A model generated the notes under the pieces. It was not told the origin of the DNA and did not search any database. It worked only from the letters and a program-made list of their open reading frames with translations. Below, in pieces: positions 36,595 through 48,855 of a stretch of 64,000 nucleotides of DNA (positions are counted from its first letter, which is position 1; each line of letters opens with the position of its first letter). Position numbers and translations under genes: made by a program. The stretch comes from Moniliella sp. 'wahieum' (lineage: Eukaryota): positions 62,001 through 126,000 of the forward strand of contig RSEE01000040.1 of the NCBI GenBank assembly GCA_003971905.1, read 5' to 3'.

Positions 36595-37430
36595 AAGACC
36601 ACCTACGGCCGGTCAGCTGGGCTTCGCCCCAGCTTGGTGCTTGCTCGCCCCTTAGCCACCGTTCCGCGCGGTCCACCGTTCCATCCCCATCATAGCCATT
36701 CCACGCTGGAGGAATTTTATCACCCATGTGCATGGCTGAGCGCGCCGGGGTGGGGTGCGCATTCCGCCGACCAACGTGCCAGGGGCAAGATGTGTCAGAA
36801 TCTTTGCGCTTACGCAAGTAAAAAGGGGTCTGCGTTATGTACCAGGACGCACTCGAGAGCCATTTTCCCCTGGTTTTGACGATGCGAGGATACTACGGCA
36901 CCAAGACAGCGGGCAAGTTGTTTGCGCATTGGAAGGAGTTGGCTACTAAGTCTCAGTGGGAATGGTTCCTCGCTCGGATGTCAACCCCGTTTGTTGAGCC
37001 ATCAGGTGGCTCGTGCTTGGGCCAATGTCCCTTCAGTTCTTCCTCCTCAGGCCTAGGAGTTCCGTTGTTTTCTCTCCTGTTTTTCCTTGTTCCGCAGCTT
37101 AGCCCCTGGTGGCGAACTCGCTGCTTGATGTTCCTCTGTAGGCGGTGCTGGTTGGCTTAGACCACCACCACCACCACTAGTGCGATTGCATCACCCTCGA
37201 GGACCACTGGACTCCAGGTCTCATCAACGTTCATCCGTGTCCACACGCGCTTCCTAGGGTACGGGACCGGATGGCGAGAACCGGAGGGTCCTGATATCCT
37301 GGCGACCCCCCTGGTTCCTTGACCTTAGTGGCGCTTCCAAGTAACCCCCGCAAGATGAATGGTTCGGTTTAGACGTAGCGTTCCCCTGTCCAGCCTTTAT
37401 GGGTGCTGTGGCACAGATACATAGACGCTG
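36595..37430 (+). mobile_element. Internally deleted CRE-like copy (leader + 3' end) carrying a nested solo LTR
   Basis: Diverged leader 36595-36795, then sequence matching 44987-45137, the LTR insert, then sequence matching 45138-45310. Confidence 0.8.
36992..37226. mobile_element. Solo LTR, family A (235 bp), nested
   Basis: TGTTGAG...CTCATCA; TSD CCGTT/ACGTT; the empty site tcaaccACGTTcc is visible at 45132-45144. Confidence 0.9.
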
Positions 37431-37782
37431 TCTTGGCATGGATCACCAGCTAACGAAAACAACGTTTGCCAGTGTCTAGGCCCCCGACACTTGAGCTGGT
37501 CGGGTGGAGGGACCATTTGTGGGATTCGTGACTTTGCCGTCGATGGCCAGTATAGTCATCGTCGTGTAATATATGGTGGGGATGGCTGCGGCGCCTATAT
37601 TTTTTTCAATTAAAAATGCCACATCATATGGCAGTCGACGACCTCTCGTCGCCAAGCCACACCGGCCGTGCTCGGGGCCAACGTCGGGCGGAAGTGGCGG
37701 CATCGTGCCCACAGCCGTGCTGCCTCCAGCAGTGGGCCTTGGGGCGAGCGCGACTTGGGGGGAGAAGGCAGCCGAAGACGAG

Positions 37783-40700
37783 ATGGATGCGATGGGGACG
37801 GGCCGCACCGGGCACAGCGGCAGCAGTGAGACAGACCAGCGGCATGGACAGAGGCGTGCGGGATGCTTACGTCAGCTGCGCCACGACATGATCTGGACGC
37901 GCGAGGACGGAGCGGCGGCAGTGTACTGGCCGACGCGGGAGCACGGCAGGCGCTCGAGGGCGGGAAGAGCCTCGAAGATCGCCGGATGCGCCGCTTCCCC
38001 CGCCGTCCTCCGCCGCCGTCCTCTCGCCTCCTCCGCCTCCACCAGACCACCAGACCCCCCTCGCCCCTCCTCACGCCCCCCTCACGGCCGGTGGGCGGCT
38101 CCCTAACCAGGCCTGGTCATGCAGCCATGGCGCCCCCCAGCAACCCGCCCGCTCCTCCGCCATCGACCTCGGCAACCTGAACTGGTCCATGACACCCCTG
38201 ACGAGTGGGACGCCGACTTGAGTTCGATGCTCGGCCCCTCGTCCTCGCCACCCCTTCCCACGATGCCATTCCTGCCGCCACCACCGCACCTCGTCCGACT
38301 CTTCCTGGCTCTCGGCCTCGAGCGCTGCGGCGGCGGCGGCGGCAGCGGCAGGGCTGCCCCCTACAACCGACCTCGGTCGCACGGCCACCCCCATCCTTAC
38401 TGGTGTTGGCCTGATACGGATTCCACTCTGCCTCGGCCGCGTGCCGGTGCCAGCTCTCCGCCTTTACAGGCGCATCGTCATCGCCATATCCTCTACCCTT
38501 CTTGCTTTGCCATTGCCATCTACCCTACCCTCTCCCTCGTTGCCGTCGCCATCATTCCTTCCCCATACCCACCAAATACCTCCCAACATCGTCCGTCCCT
38601 TCCAGGCCCGCCATCTCGATCCCACCCGCGTCATCCAGGTGTGTGCCTCATACCTCGCCTCCACAACAAACAACTCCCAGAGGCCGCCACACTTTGCTCC
38701 CAGTCACGCTCGTCGGGTCCATCTTCCCGCCCATTATATGCTTCGACATCTTCTTCCTCGTCATCGTCCTCCTCCACACCAGCTCGGACTTGCACATACC
38801 CGCTCACATTCGCGCCGCCCAGGTTGGATTGCGCACTGACAATATGTCGTCAAGCAATTTGCTGCTGGCATCGTGGTGCGTTCTCCTTCATATACCTGCT
38901 CGCCTTAGGACGCTATCTCCTAACACTTTTTTCTGCCTGCTCTCCAGAAACTTAGGAAGCTCCATGACAACACGTACGGCTGGCTGCATTGTACCCGAAG
39001 GTGGGTTCGTCCTGTGCATCCTGATGACGAAGGTTGGTGGGAGTGTGCCGCTGTCTTATTGCTTGGCGATGGAGCCCCCGAACCCCAGGGAAGCAGCAAC
39101 AGAAGCCACAGTGCTGTAGTTGGGCACCCACATCAGTCCCCTTACCCGTACCAGGTCATGTGAGCCAACCCTCGCCCTTACTGCTCCGGCGCCCATCATA
39201 TCGTCCAGAACAGCCCCGGCAGGACTCTGTGCATTAGAACCCACCCCGTTCCGCACATCTTCGTCCGGCTCCATCTATGGACTGGGAAAGGGCAGGGCTC
39301 ACGTGGAACGACATCCCATACCCTGGGTTCAGGCAATGTGAAGTTGCGCATGTTTAATGAGAGTCCTGGGACCCGGGTAGAAGGATTGACGCCTAGACGA
39401 GACTCGTTACGGCCTAGAGCCGCGAATGGCTCGGCTGAGCTCCATTTCGATCGGGATCCACAACATCCTGCTTCACCGGGGAGCACAGTTTCTTCTACGC
39501 ATCTTGCTGGCTTATTCGACGTTGTCCAGCGCCAGGACCCGAGCAATCCTCAGTGCGCTCTTGTGGGTGTCCACCCGACCCGAATGCTCCCCCACCAATT
39601 CAGGCCCAGCGTCGCGCACCGCCTCAGGACGCCGATCCCGTGCCATCTCCACAGCCTCGTCGCGTGTTGCCGCTACACAAGGCACGGATCAGCCCCCCCA
39701 CTTACCACCTCACCCGCTCTCGTCTCCCCCCCCTCACCCGGAGACGTGACAGCACGCCGCCTCCTCAACCACTGTTGCCAGCGTGGAACCAGGGACAAGA
39801 ACCTGTAGACCCTTCGTTCGGGTCTAGTACGCCGCCCCCGTTACTCCAGCCTGCCCCCGCACGCCATGGGCCTGCCTCACCCCATCCTTCCCCCGGGGCG
39901 ATGGCAGAGCCTACAACACCTAGTCGGCGCCGTTCGAGCGTCTCCACCCGTTCGTCAATGCTTGGAGAGCATTCAAGACGCTTTCCCTTTCGCCCAGGAC
40001 CACGTCGTGTTATGCCTAACACGGCCAGTACGGTCCGCAACGCCTGCTCTCTCATAATACCCCTCCCTCTCTTCATGCCCAACGCCTCTCCCACTCTTTC
40101 ACGTCCCAGGTCCAGTGGAAGCAAGTCTCAGTCCCACCGGTACACCTCTCACCCCTGGCGCGGGAATGAAAAAGATTGGACGGCCGCGTGCGCCCAGTGA
40201 ACCACCAAGTTGGAAGCCGTGGATCCCCAACACCGCCACCGACGCCCCCCCTATCCCGAGTTTGCCGCCCCTCGAGGGCATGGAAGTAGGAGAAGGGGAA
40301 AGGAGGGGAGAGCGGGATTCAGCCCAGGTGGAGCCTTCTCCTTCTAAGGGATCCGCCATTACTACTAGAGCCGGTGGACGGAAGCACACTGGCTTGCAAT
40401 TCTGGACGCCAGAGTGGTACTCGCCCGCTCATCGGACCGGTGACAATGCGAGCAAATTGCCGGTTGTGCCAGCAACGGAAGAAAAGGCATCCGCCCCAAC
40501 GCCTACTTCCAGCCTGACCCGCGGCTCAACCGCCTCAGCCGCCTCGGCCACCGACCTTCGTCTGTCCAATACCGATACCAACGGTCCATGGCACCAATCT
40601 AGCCCGCTCCACCACACGTCCCCTCGTCTTCGCACTCTTGGCACAGGACGAGGTGGATCACGACGCTCCCTCTTCCATCCTGCAAGCGGGAGTGGCAGCG

Positions 40701-42522
40701 GGAGTGCTAGCGGTAGCGGTCATGGAACCGGTCCGCGTCGTGGGTCGAGTGGTACGGGTCCCCACCGTGGGTCGCTGGCGGGCCTGGGCCTGGGAATGGC
40801 GATGGCCTCAGGAGGCGGAGAGCGAGTTGAACCGCAGACGCGGACGCGTCGCCGCTCACGTGTCCAGACTAGGCACGCGGTCGCCTCCCCTTCTGTCTCC
40901 TCCGTTCTCACTTCGGACGACCACAAGGATTACTTTACCCCGCTGCTAGCACACCCGGGGACCCGCTTTTTACCCCTTGGGTCGGCCCCGCCCTCCCCCT
41001 CCAACAGCCAGTAGCGGATCCAGCTCCGCCCTGCCCCCCCACTCCGTCACCCCGGCGCCCCATGGCACCGCTACCCCTACCTCCACCAGCCTCGCCGACG
41101 AGGACGACGACGCAACCCTGGGCGCCTGCCCCTGTACCTGCTGAGCCCCGTTTCCTGCACCTCCGGAACTGGAATCGGAACCGTCGTCTGTGACCCGCCG
41201 TCGGCCCCGCCCTTCCTCGTGGGCATCACTGCGGCAACGGGTGCTCTCAACCTCGTCTACCCGCAGTGGAAATGGGGGGGAGAGCGGGAGCTCGGTACGG
41301 TCGCATTGGTTGCGGAAGAACTGACTCCGACTAAGCCGCGACGGAGGAGGCCGCACATGCGTGCTCAGTCGGCCGATTTGGCCCGGGAATCTATTTCAAT
41401 GGGTGGGGTCCGGCCCTCGAGCACGCGGACGGGCACGAGCACAAGCAATGACTGGGGCCCGAAGCATGAGGAGGAGCAGGAGGAAGGGGAAGCGCGGGAC
41501 AAGGAGATGGAGTTGGATATGGCCACCGCGCGCCAAGGGATTGGACAAACGTCGTGCCCAAGCTCGTCTTTCCCTCTCCTTTACCCACACGTCGACCTCA
41601 ACCCCAGCCAATCCACTATCCCGACTGCGCCGACCTAACCCTCGCGAAGGGGAGAAAGAGCAAGAATCCACGTGGATTGGTAAAGTCAAGGGAGGGAAAA
41701 GTAAGGGCAAGGCCCGTCTGTCCATGCCGGCCGTACAACCGTCCCTCTACTACCGTAATCGGTGATGGGGCCAGTGGGATGCTCGCCTCGCCGTCCACCA
41801 ACATACCCTCACCCCAGACCTTACGCCGGCCTGCCACCGTACGCCGCCGATTGCTTGCTTCATGCATGCAATGTCTCCTTCGCACCATCCCGACCGTCTT
41901 CTTCTCATCCCGGACTGGCTCGGACCCATTCGCGTCAGTCCCGCTCCCCCTCAGCTTCGGCATCTCGCCCGCACCACACTTCTCTCCTCCTTTCCCTCTC
42001 CCGCACGCCCACCACTGATCTGTTCGCGCCACGGGCGCACCCCCCCGAGAGCCGGACCTCGACCCCGCATGGACCGGCTCGGTCCGCACTACCGCCAGCA
42101 CCTTGAGCGTCACCTCCACCTCCACCTCAAACCTGCCCTTAGCCCTATCCCGGCCTGTCGGCCCAGAGGCCCTCGCTGTCCCGCCCACCCATGGTACCGT
42201 GGTAATGCAGCGTTCAGTCTCCACGCCAGCGGGGGGAGCGGGCCCGCCCTCTGCGCTGCCCAAGAGGAAGGAAGAGCGACGGAACATCCCGCTCAGCCCA
42301 GCGGCGGCCATGTATCGTCGTGTGGTGTCTCCCCGCTGGTGCCGGGGCCGGGGCGGCGGGCATGCAGGAAGTCAAAGCGGCCTCGGCGCTGGAAGCAAGC
42401 TTGGACCTGGAATTGGATCTGAGCCTGGGCGCGTGTTGAACCCAGCACCGACCTGGCCCTTCGGCCTGAAGCTTTGCCTGCATTGCTGGATTACCTCAGG
42501 CCACACGGGCCCGGTGTGGTGA
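37783..42522 (+). CDS. Large hypothetical Ser/Pro-rich protein with a hydrophobic segment near 38450-39050 (frameshifted)
   Basis: Overlapping + strand ORFs with low-complexity S/P/T content over about 4.7 kb. Boundaries uncertain; no family recognised. Confidence 0.45.
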
Positions 42523-43361
42523 GAGCGTGCGGGCACAGGAAACATATGCGGCCAGCATCGGACTGGACCTATGAAGCTGGACTGCGTTTCTGCCTCGCTA
42601 CTACCACCCACATCAATTGTACCATTGATGTCTGATCAGGGACAAAACAAAGCACCCATTTCTGCTCGTTTGGGCCATCTCGCCCTCCGTGGCTGTTTAT
42701 CTCAACTCTCACTCGTTGCTCATGTTGTAGCTTGTCTCTGCGACGCGTGGACGCTTTGCCCCCCCCCACAATCCCCCTTTCGGCCAGGCCTACTAGCGTG
42801 CAGGATTCAGGTACATAATACGGAAAGCGCTCGGCCGGAACACATTGGTTTGATTTCGAATGCGGAGGCAGACAGAAGGGAGGCGAATTGTGTGGGAACA
42901 CTCTTTCTCGCCACCCTATAGCAGAGCTGGGCCAGATATTCTTTCCTGCTCACCAGACATGTTGCTCAAGCGGCTCCAGCGGACGGCCCCGATTTGAGGG
43001 AAGGGCCGAGATGGACAGCAATGTGATAGGTTCTTTTTGTAACATCGATCGATGTAAAGGCCTCTTGGCGCAGCGGTAGCGCGTGAGATTCCAGCTCTTG
43101 GCATCCTCAAGGTCATCCGTTCAAATCGGGTAGGGGTCTTTTTTAATTCTTTTGTTTCTTCTCCACAGTTGCTCTGATATGTTGTTGCAGTTCAGTAGCA
43201 TTGCTGCCATTTGGCTGATCTCTGAAATCGAATGGTCTATCAACGTATCAACAGCCTGGCACAAGACGGGAGAAGGCATAGTAGGGCTCTCCTGAGGTCG
43301 ACCCATCGAGAAAACACACACAACAGTTTTTAACATGACAATCAAAACTAGCGGTGCATTA

Positions 43362-43659
43362 TATTCACAAGGAGGACCACCGGGCCTACGGCCCGGTCAG
43401 CTGCTGCGTCGCCACCTTAGCCACCGTTCCCCTTCGCCACCGTAGCCACCGTTCCCCCGGTCCACCGTTCCACGCTGGAACCCTTCCACGCTGGAGAGGG
43501 CAAATAATATCACCGATTCTCTGGCTGCGGGTGGCTGGGAACGTGGCACCGGTCGGCACGTGCCTATGACGTAAAAGATGCCACGGCGTTTCGTCCCTTA
43601 ATATAATTTCCCCTGTCCCAGCCTTAAGCTCTGTCAATGAAATGGACGTGATCTAGGGA
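43362..43659 (+). mobile_element. Mini-element: putative CRE leader joined to the element's 3'-terminal ~50 bp
   Basis: Leader matches 28424-28635; 43611-43659 is identical to 45294-45342. Confidence 0.7.
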
Positions 43660-45342
43660 AGCATCCTGTCGGCAGAGGGCGTACGACAGGGCGACCCCCT
43701 CGCCCCCTTTTCTTCTCCATCGCAGTGCGGCCCACGCTAGAGAAGTTGAGAGATGCTCTGCCGCCGGGCACCTGGTGATGGCATACCTGGACGACATTAC
43801 GATTTCGGTCCAGGGCCAGGCATTACCGGCCAAGCCGCGGAGTTTGGGAAGACGACGCGTCAGGCCTCAAGCTCAACCTGCGCAAGTGTGTCGAGCGGGA
43901 CCGGGACCAGATTCGGGAGGATGGTCTGCAGGTTCTGGGCACTTGTGTGGGAGGGGTAGACTGTCGTCGATCGTGGCTCCGGGCCCAACTGGCCAGTCTG
44001 AGGGAGAAACATGCCTAAGTTTGATGGCATCACCCGCCAGGGACGCCTCTTACTATGGCGGCTCAGCACTCAGACCAAGCTGCGCCACCTGCTCCGCACC
44101 ATCCAGATGGAAGGAGAGCTAGACGACGTGCTGGCCGAGATTGATGCCTTCATCTGTACGGAGTTCAGACGGATCCGGGGCGACGAGGATCCCCAAGGTG
44201 CCAAGGACGACCACTTCGACATGCTCATGAGCCTGCCCCTCCGGCTGGGAGGATGTGGCAGCCCGCTTTACTCGTATATTGCGCCCCACGCCCGTGCCGC
44301 GGCCAACGAGGTCAACGACTATCTTATTACCACTTATGTTGACCCAGCGGGACCGCAAACGCTATTACGGCCAACGCATTTACGAAGCAACGCCAGCGCT
44401 GCCGCGAGATGTGGGAGCAAAGTCGACAGGAGCTGCTCCAGAAGCTGGACGCTGCCGATGGTCGCCATGTGGTTGATCACAGCAACCCGCTGAGCCACAA
44501 CTGGCTCTCCGCCATTCCGTCCGTCCCGTACCTCAAGCTCTCGACCAGCAGGTCCAGGTCGGTCTCCAGCTCCGCACGCTGTGCCGCACCACGCGCAGCA
44601 TGCGCAAGTGCGGTGTCGTCCTCGCTGGAGCACATCATGTCTTGCACCCGCTCCCAGGCCAAGTTGATGCGTTGCATGACGCAGTGCGGGAGCCCATTCT
44701 CCAGCTCCTACGCTCCACCCGACACCCATGTCCGCAACGAACCTATGGTGGAGGACGAGGATGGGAGAAGACAGAGGACGCAGCGCACCGACTACCGCGT
44801 GATGGGGCCCGGAGCACTCGGAGGATCAGGAATGGAGGTAGACCACACGCTGCGCGACACGGGATCACTGGCGGCGCAGAGCGCGTTCCGGAGGGTGGTG
44901 CATGAGAGCACCGCAACCCCCTTGGAATGCCGGGAGAAGGAGCTGCTTCGGATGCTTGAACAAGCAGAATGCGACAAGAACGCCAAGTACCAGGGACGCA
45001 CTCAAGAGCCGTTTTTCCCCCTGGTTTTGACGACGCGAGGATACTACGGCACCAAGACGGCGGGCAAGTTGTTCGCGCATTGGAAGGAGTTGGCTACTAA
45101 GTCTCAGTGGAAATGGTTCCTCGCTCGGATGTCAACCACGTTCCTCCGTGTCCACACGCGCTTCCTAGGGTACGGGACCGGATGGCGTGAGCCGGAGGGT
45201 CCTGATATCCTGGCGATCCCCCTGGTCCCTTGACCCTGGTGGCTCCCCCAAGTAACCCCCGCAGATGAACGGTTAGGTTTAGACGCAGCGTTTCCCTGTC
45301 CCAGCCTTAAGCTCTGTCAATGAAATGGACGTGATCTAGGGA
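43660..45342 (+). mobile_element. 5'-truncated non-LTR retrotransposon, CRE clade-like (RT - CCHC - restriction-like endonuclease)
   Basis: RT motifs GVRQGDPLAP and MAYLDDIT; thumb LPLRLGGCG; CCHC-like C..C...EHIMSC; REL-like RTDYRV..EVDHT..K..KY..FFPLVLT; stop 45233; about 110-nt 3' region. Starts abruptly mid-RT. Confidence 0.88.
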
Positions 45343-45388
45343 TACGCAGTATATTAACCGTACTTGTGTTCAACCGTCGTGGTTACAC

Positions 45389-46975
45389 TTACTCCTGATA
45401 TCTCTCTCTTGAAGAAGAAGCTGAAGAATGAGAGGGTGGGTACTTTAAAACCACAAGTGGGTTGAGGGCCGGAGGATGGGAGGACTCTCCATCGGAAGAT
45501 GACAGAACGGGTTGGATTTTGAGATCCTCCAACAAAGATTCGGCCCCTCGGAAAACAGGCCCGTGGATAGACCAACAAAGGGTGAGTGCGCTTCTTTCCC
45601 AGTAGCTGATACCTCCAAAACCGCTGGACTCGAAGGGATGGAACGTTCTTTCCGAGAGTTTGTTGAGCATAAGCGGCATGCATCATCCTCGGGGGTTGCA
45701 GAGAAGGACGATCATCAGCCCCTCCCTCTATATAATGTACTGTTGATGGCATTGAGGGTGTTGCTGCGGCAGGTGTTGCCCGTTTCTCAGTTGTGCTCAC
45801 GGTCTCCTTGGCACCTTCTGAGCTTACACCGAAGGAATAATTCGCGGGGGCCGCCATGGGTACCAATCCGGCGCCGGGACGACAGCTCGCCCGTTTAAGT
45901 GAGGTGACACACGTGGGCTGTCACGCAGCGGTGAGGTTAGTTCCATGGTTGTAAAAGAGCATGCCAGAGTAAAACGTACCGATAACAAACCCAAGGAAGG
46001 AATGGACACATAGAATGAGAGTTGCCCTCAAAGCGTTGTAGTTTTCATGGCTACCTGCAAGATATATGTGGCCCAGATATGGCAAAAAGCTCAATTGCAG
46101 CCGCCACAGTCGCGTACTTGACCACGTCTGTGAGGAAACGACGAGTAATGGAGCTCAAGTGACCGAGGCTTCGAAGCGTGCTTTCTGGTGCAATCCGTTC
46201 GAGACATCCTTGCCCCCGGTGTGGTCCGCTTTATCTCCATAGTTCCGATGAAAGCGAGAGAGCACCGTATGCTGCCGCTGGTGAGCTCGATTCCTAGGAG
46301 GAGCAACAGCTCGGAACATGATGGTCACGAGTGACAAGTCGAGGAGTAAACACAATGAATAAATCGCCACCGGTAATTGCCTTTGCACCTGGGGTTGTCC
46401 GCAAACAAACCCAATCTTGAGGTTAGGTACGGGTTGGGACAAGGTCTCCACATGCGTCGATCCGATATAAACCACATCCACAGTCCGCAGACAAGCGCAT
46501 TGCCGCCCCACAAGACATAAATAATCTTTTCCTGCTGTCACCAGAGACGGCCGCAGCTCTCAAGTAAGGAGGCACTGACAATCACGTTGCCCAGTGCAAC
46601 GCAGCGACATAGGCCCTGGCAGTGGCGGTGCAGTTGTTTGTCCGCCGACAAAATGCAAGAGTGACAGCACAGCAGGGAATTGTGAGCAGGCGTGCTATTA
46701 GCAGCCCCACTGCAGGAACTGGGGCCAAGCCCGCCTCTCTCTCGCCCTTTGCCACCAATATTGTGCTCGCCGGTTGGTAGTACCAAGCGTTACAAGGGGA
46801 TGGGGCAGCACACTTCTCCGGAATTCCGGGTAGAGCACGTACTTGATGTCAGCAGGAAGCTGCATCAAGAATTCCCACAGCCGAACACCTGTCATGCCAG
46901 GGACACCCACAGCAGGACTGCTGCGTCGTACGTCAGGTGATCCACCTCGGCGAGCGTTGGGGCTGAGGTGGCCAT
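45389..46975 (-). CDS. Hypothetical multi-pass membrane protein (frameshifted)
   Basis: MATSAPTLAEVDHL... after a TATA-like site (47088-47096) and CT-rich leader; hydrophobic segments across frames (RLWEFLMQLP, YVLWGGNALVCGLWMWF, IYSLCLLLDLSLVTIMF). Boundaries uncertain. Confidence 0.4.
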
Positions 46976-48329
46976 GATGAAGTTGTAAAGAAAAGTTGGG
47001 CGAGCCGACAGACGAAAATGAAGACGAGACGTGATGGTGGACGGATCGCAAACGAGACAGAGAAACAACAGTACTACTATAAAGTATCTATATAACAGGG
47101 CATCAAAAGGCTCAAGGCGTCAGGGGTTCTCCGGGCTCAACCGCTCACCGGTACCGGGGGCTCGTATGCTCACGCGCTCACGGAAGCGGGGACGCTCTAT
47201 CGGTTCGCGCAAAGGGGGGGTCAATGCCAAGTGGTGTGCGGGGGAGAAGAAATGAACGGCTTCTGAATGTGACTCGGGAGGGCCCCGCATGGACCTGATG
47301 GAGACTCATCTCATTAACCTACTCATTAAATAATTAGTACTTAGTTATGAACCTTTGTGCCAATATCCCCACATGCCACAGTATTTGTCCTTTTTAACCT
47401 GTTTCTTCAATCTTCACATGCACAGGCCTCATGGGCCTGAGGCCTCTTCATCTTGACTTACCGGTTACCGGTTACCGCCACACGCCGCGTTTTACCATCA
47501 CAATTGTGCTTCAGCTTCAAGCTTCATGAAGCTTCAGACCAGCTTCCTCTTCCCAGAAGCTTTATTTCCGTATACGGGGGTAATATGCTCCAAAAACCTG
47601 TTTTATATGTTGGTTCCCCACATTGCGTTTTGGTCTCACAGTTCAATATCCCTTTTTTGCCACATGTGTCGGATCCCGTCTGCACTTTTTTATTCTGCTG
47701 GCACGGGTCATAGTCCAACAGGTCCGTTAATCCAGGCCAAAAGGATATGTCTATAAAATGTTGTACTGTCTGCGCTGGCTGTGGAAGTCAAAGACTCCAA
47801 CTTCTCACAAACCCAGCAAAAGCCCTCGTGTTACATTTTACTTGCTGGTAATTATTCAATAGTAAACTAGCTTTGCATCAGAACAAAAGTGAGTAAGACA
47901 CAGGAGGGGGAAACAATCTAAACGTCCATTCAGTTTTTGTCGCACTGACTTCTCGCCCACCCTGCCAGCCTTTTGGCCTCCGCTTAGGTACGCGTACCGA
48001 ATTGGGATCCACAATAACAGTGCACTGCAGTGGTATAACATTATTGCCACAACGCAATATCTATTTTGCATCCATTTTGACAGAGAGTATACTAAGGCTA
48101 AGACAGGGAAGCGCTCTACGCCTAAGCCGACCCGTTCATATGTGTTGTTGCTGCTGAAGGAGTGGAGTGGAATGGAGGATGGTACCTCGAGGGAGAGGTA
48201 CAGGAGGCTATGAGAAGGGTAGGGCCTTATATAGACGAGGGTACGCGGGAGCTGAGGAAGCTTCCGGGCGATAAGAGGGGTGATGACTATCACGCAGGAT
48301 GGCCTGATTATTGGGCATCGCGCCCCAAC

Positions 48330-48855
48330 AGTTGCTTGGTAGCTCCACCCGTTAAGGAACCAGGGGGATCGCCAGGATATCAGGTCCCTCTGGTGCCCGC
48401 ATCCGGTCCCATACCGAGGTTGCGCGTGTGTTGGACACGGATGAAGTGGTAGACATCGAGGGAGGAACCATGCTAAGGGTAGTGAGAGAAGGGGAAGATG
48501 GAGGTGTGTCATTCAGAGGAGTCCTAGGCGGATGGTAGATATAAAAGGGGAGAGCCGGAGTCATAACAGAGTGGGTACGTAAACCACATGCGGACCATGT
48601 GGTTTAGTCTACGTGATCAGGCTGACAAACCATTCCAATTGAGAATCAGTAGTAAATCCTTCCATGCCCAAGCACCTTGCCCGCTGTCTTGGTGCCGTAG
48701 TATCCTCGCGTCGTCAAAACCAGGGGGAAAAATGCTATTGAGTAGCGTCCCTGGTACTTGGTGTTCTTGTCGCATTCTGTTTGTTCCAGCAGCCGAAGCA
48801 GCTCCTTCTCCCGGCGTTCCAAAGGCGTCGCGGTGCTCGCATGCACCACCCTCTA
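48330..48855 (-). mobile_element. 3' fragment of CRE-like retrotransposon, interrupted by solo LTR B
   Basis: Translations VHASTATPLERREKELLRLLEQTECDKNTKYQGR...TAGK and EGPDILAIPLVP* match the C-terminus of ORF 44409..45233. Confidence 0.88.
48471..48627. mobile_element. Solo LTR-like insertion, family B (157 bp)
   Basis: TG...CA termini; perfect 5-bp TSD AACCA (48466-48470, 48628-48632); internal TATAAAA (48540-48546) and 11-bp hairpin (48580-48606). Confidence 0.8.

Noticed and set aside
43362..43600. HDV-like ribozyme in the retroelement leader (TCCACGC resembles the L3 loop)
   Set aside because: Flanking bases do not form P3, and P1/P2 could not be built.
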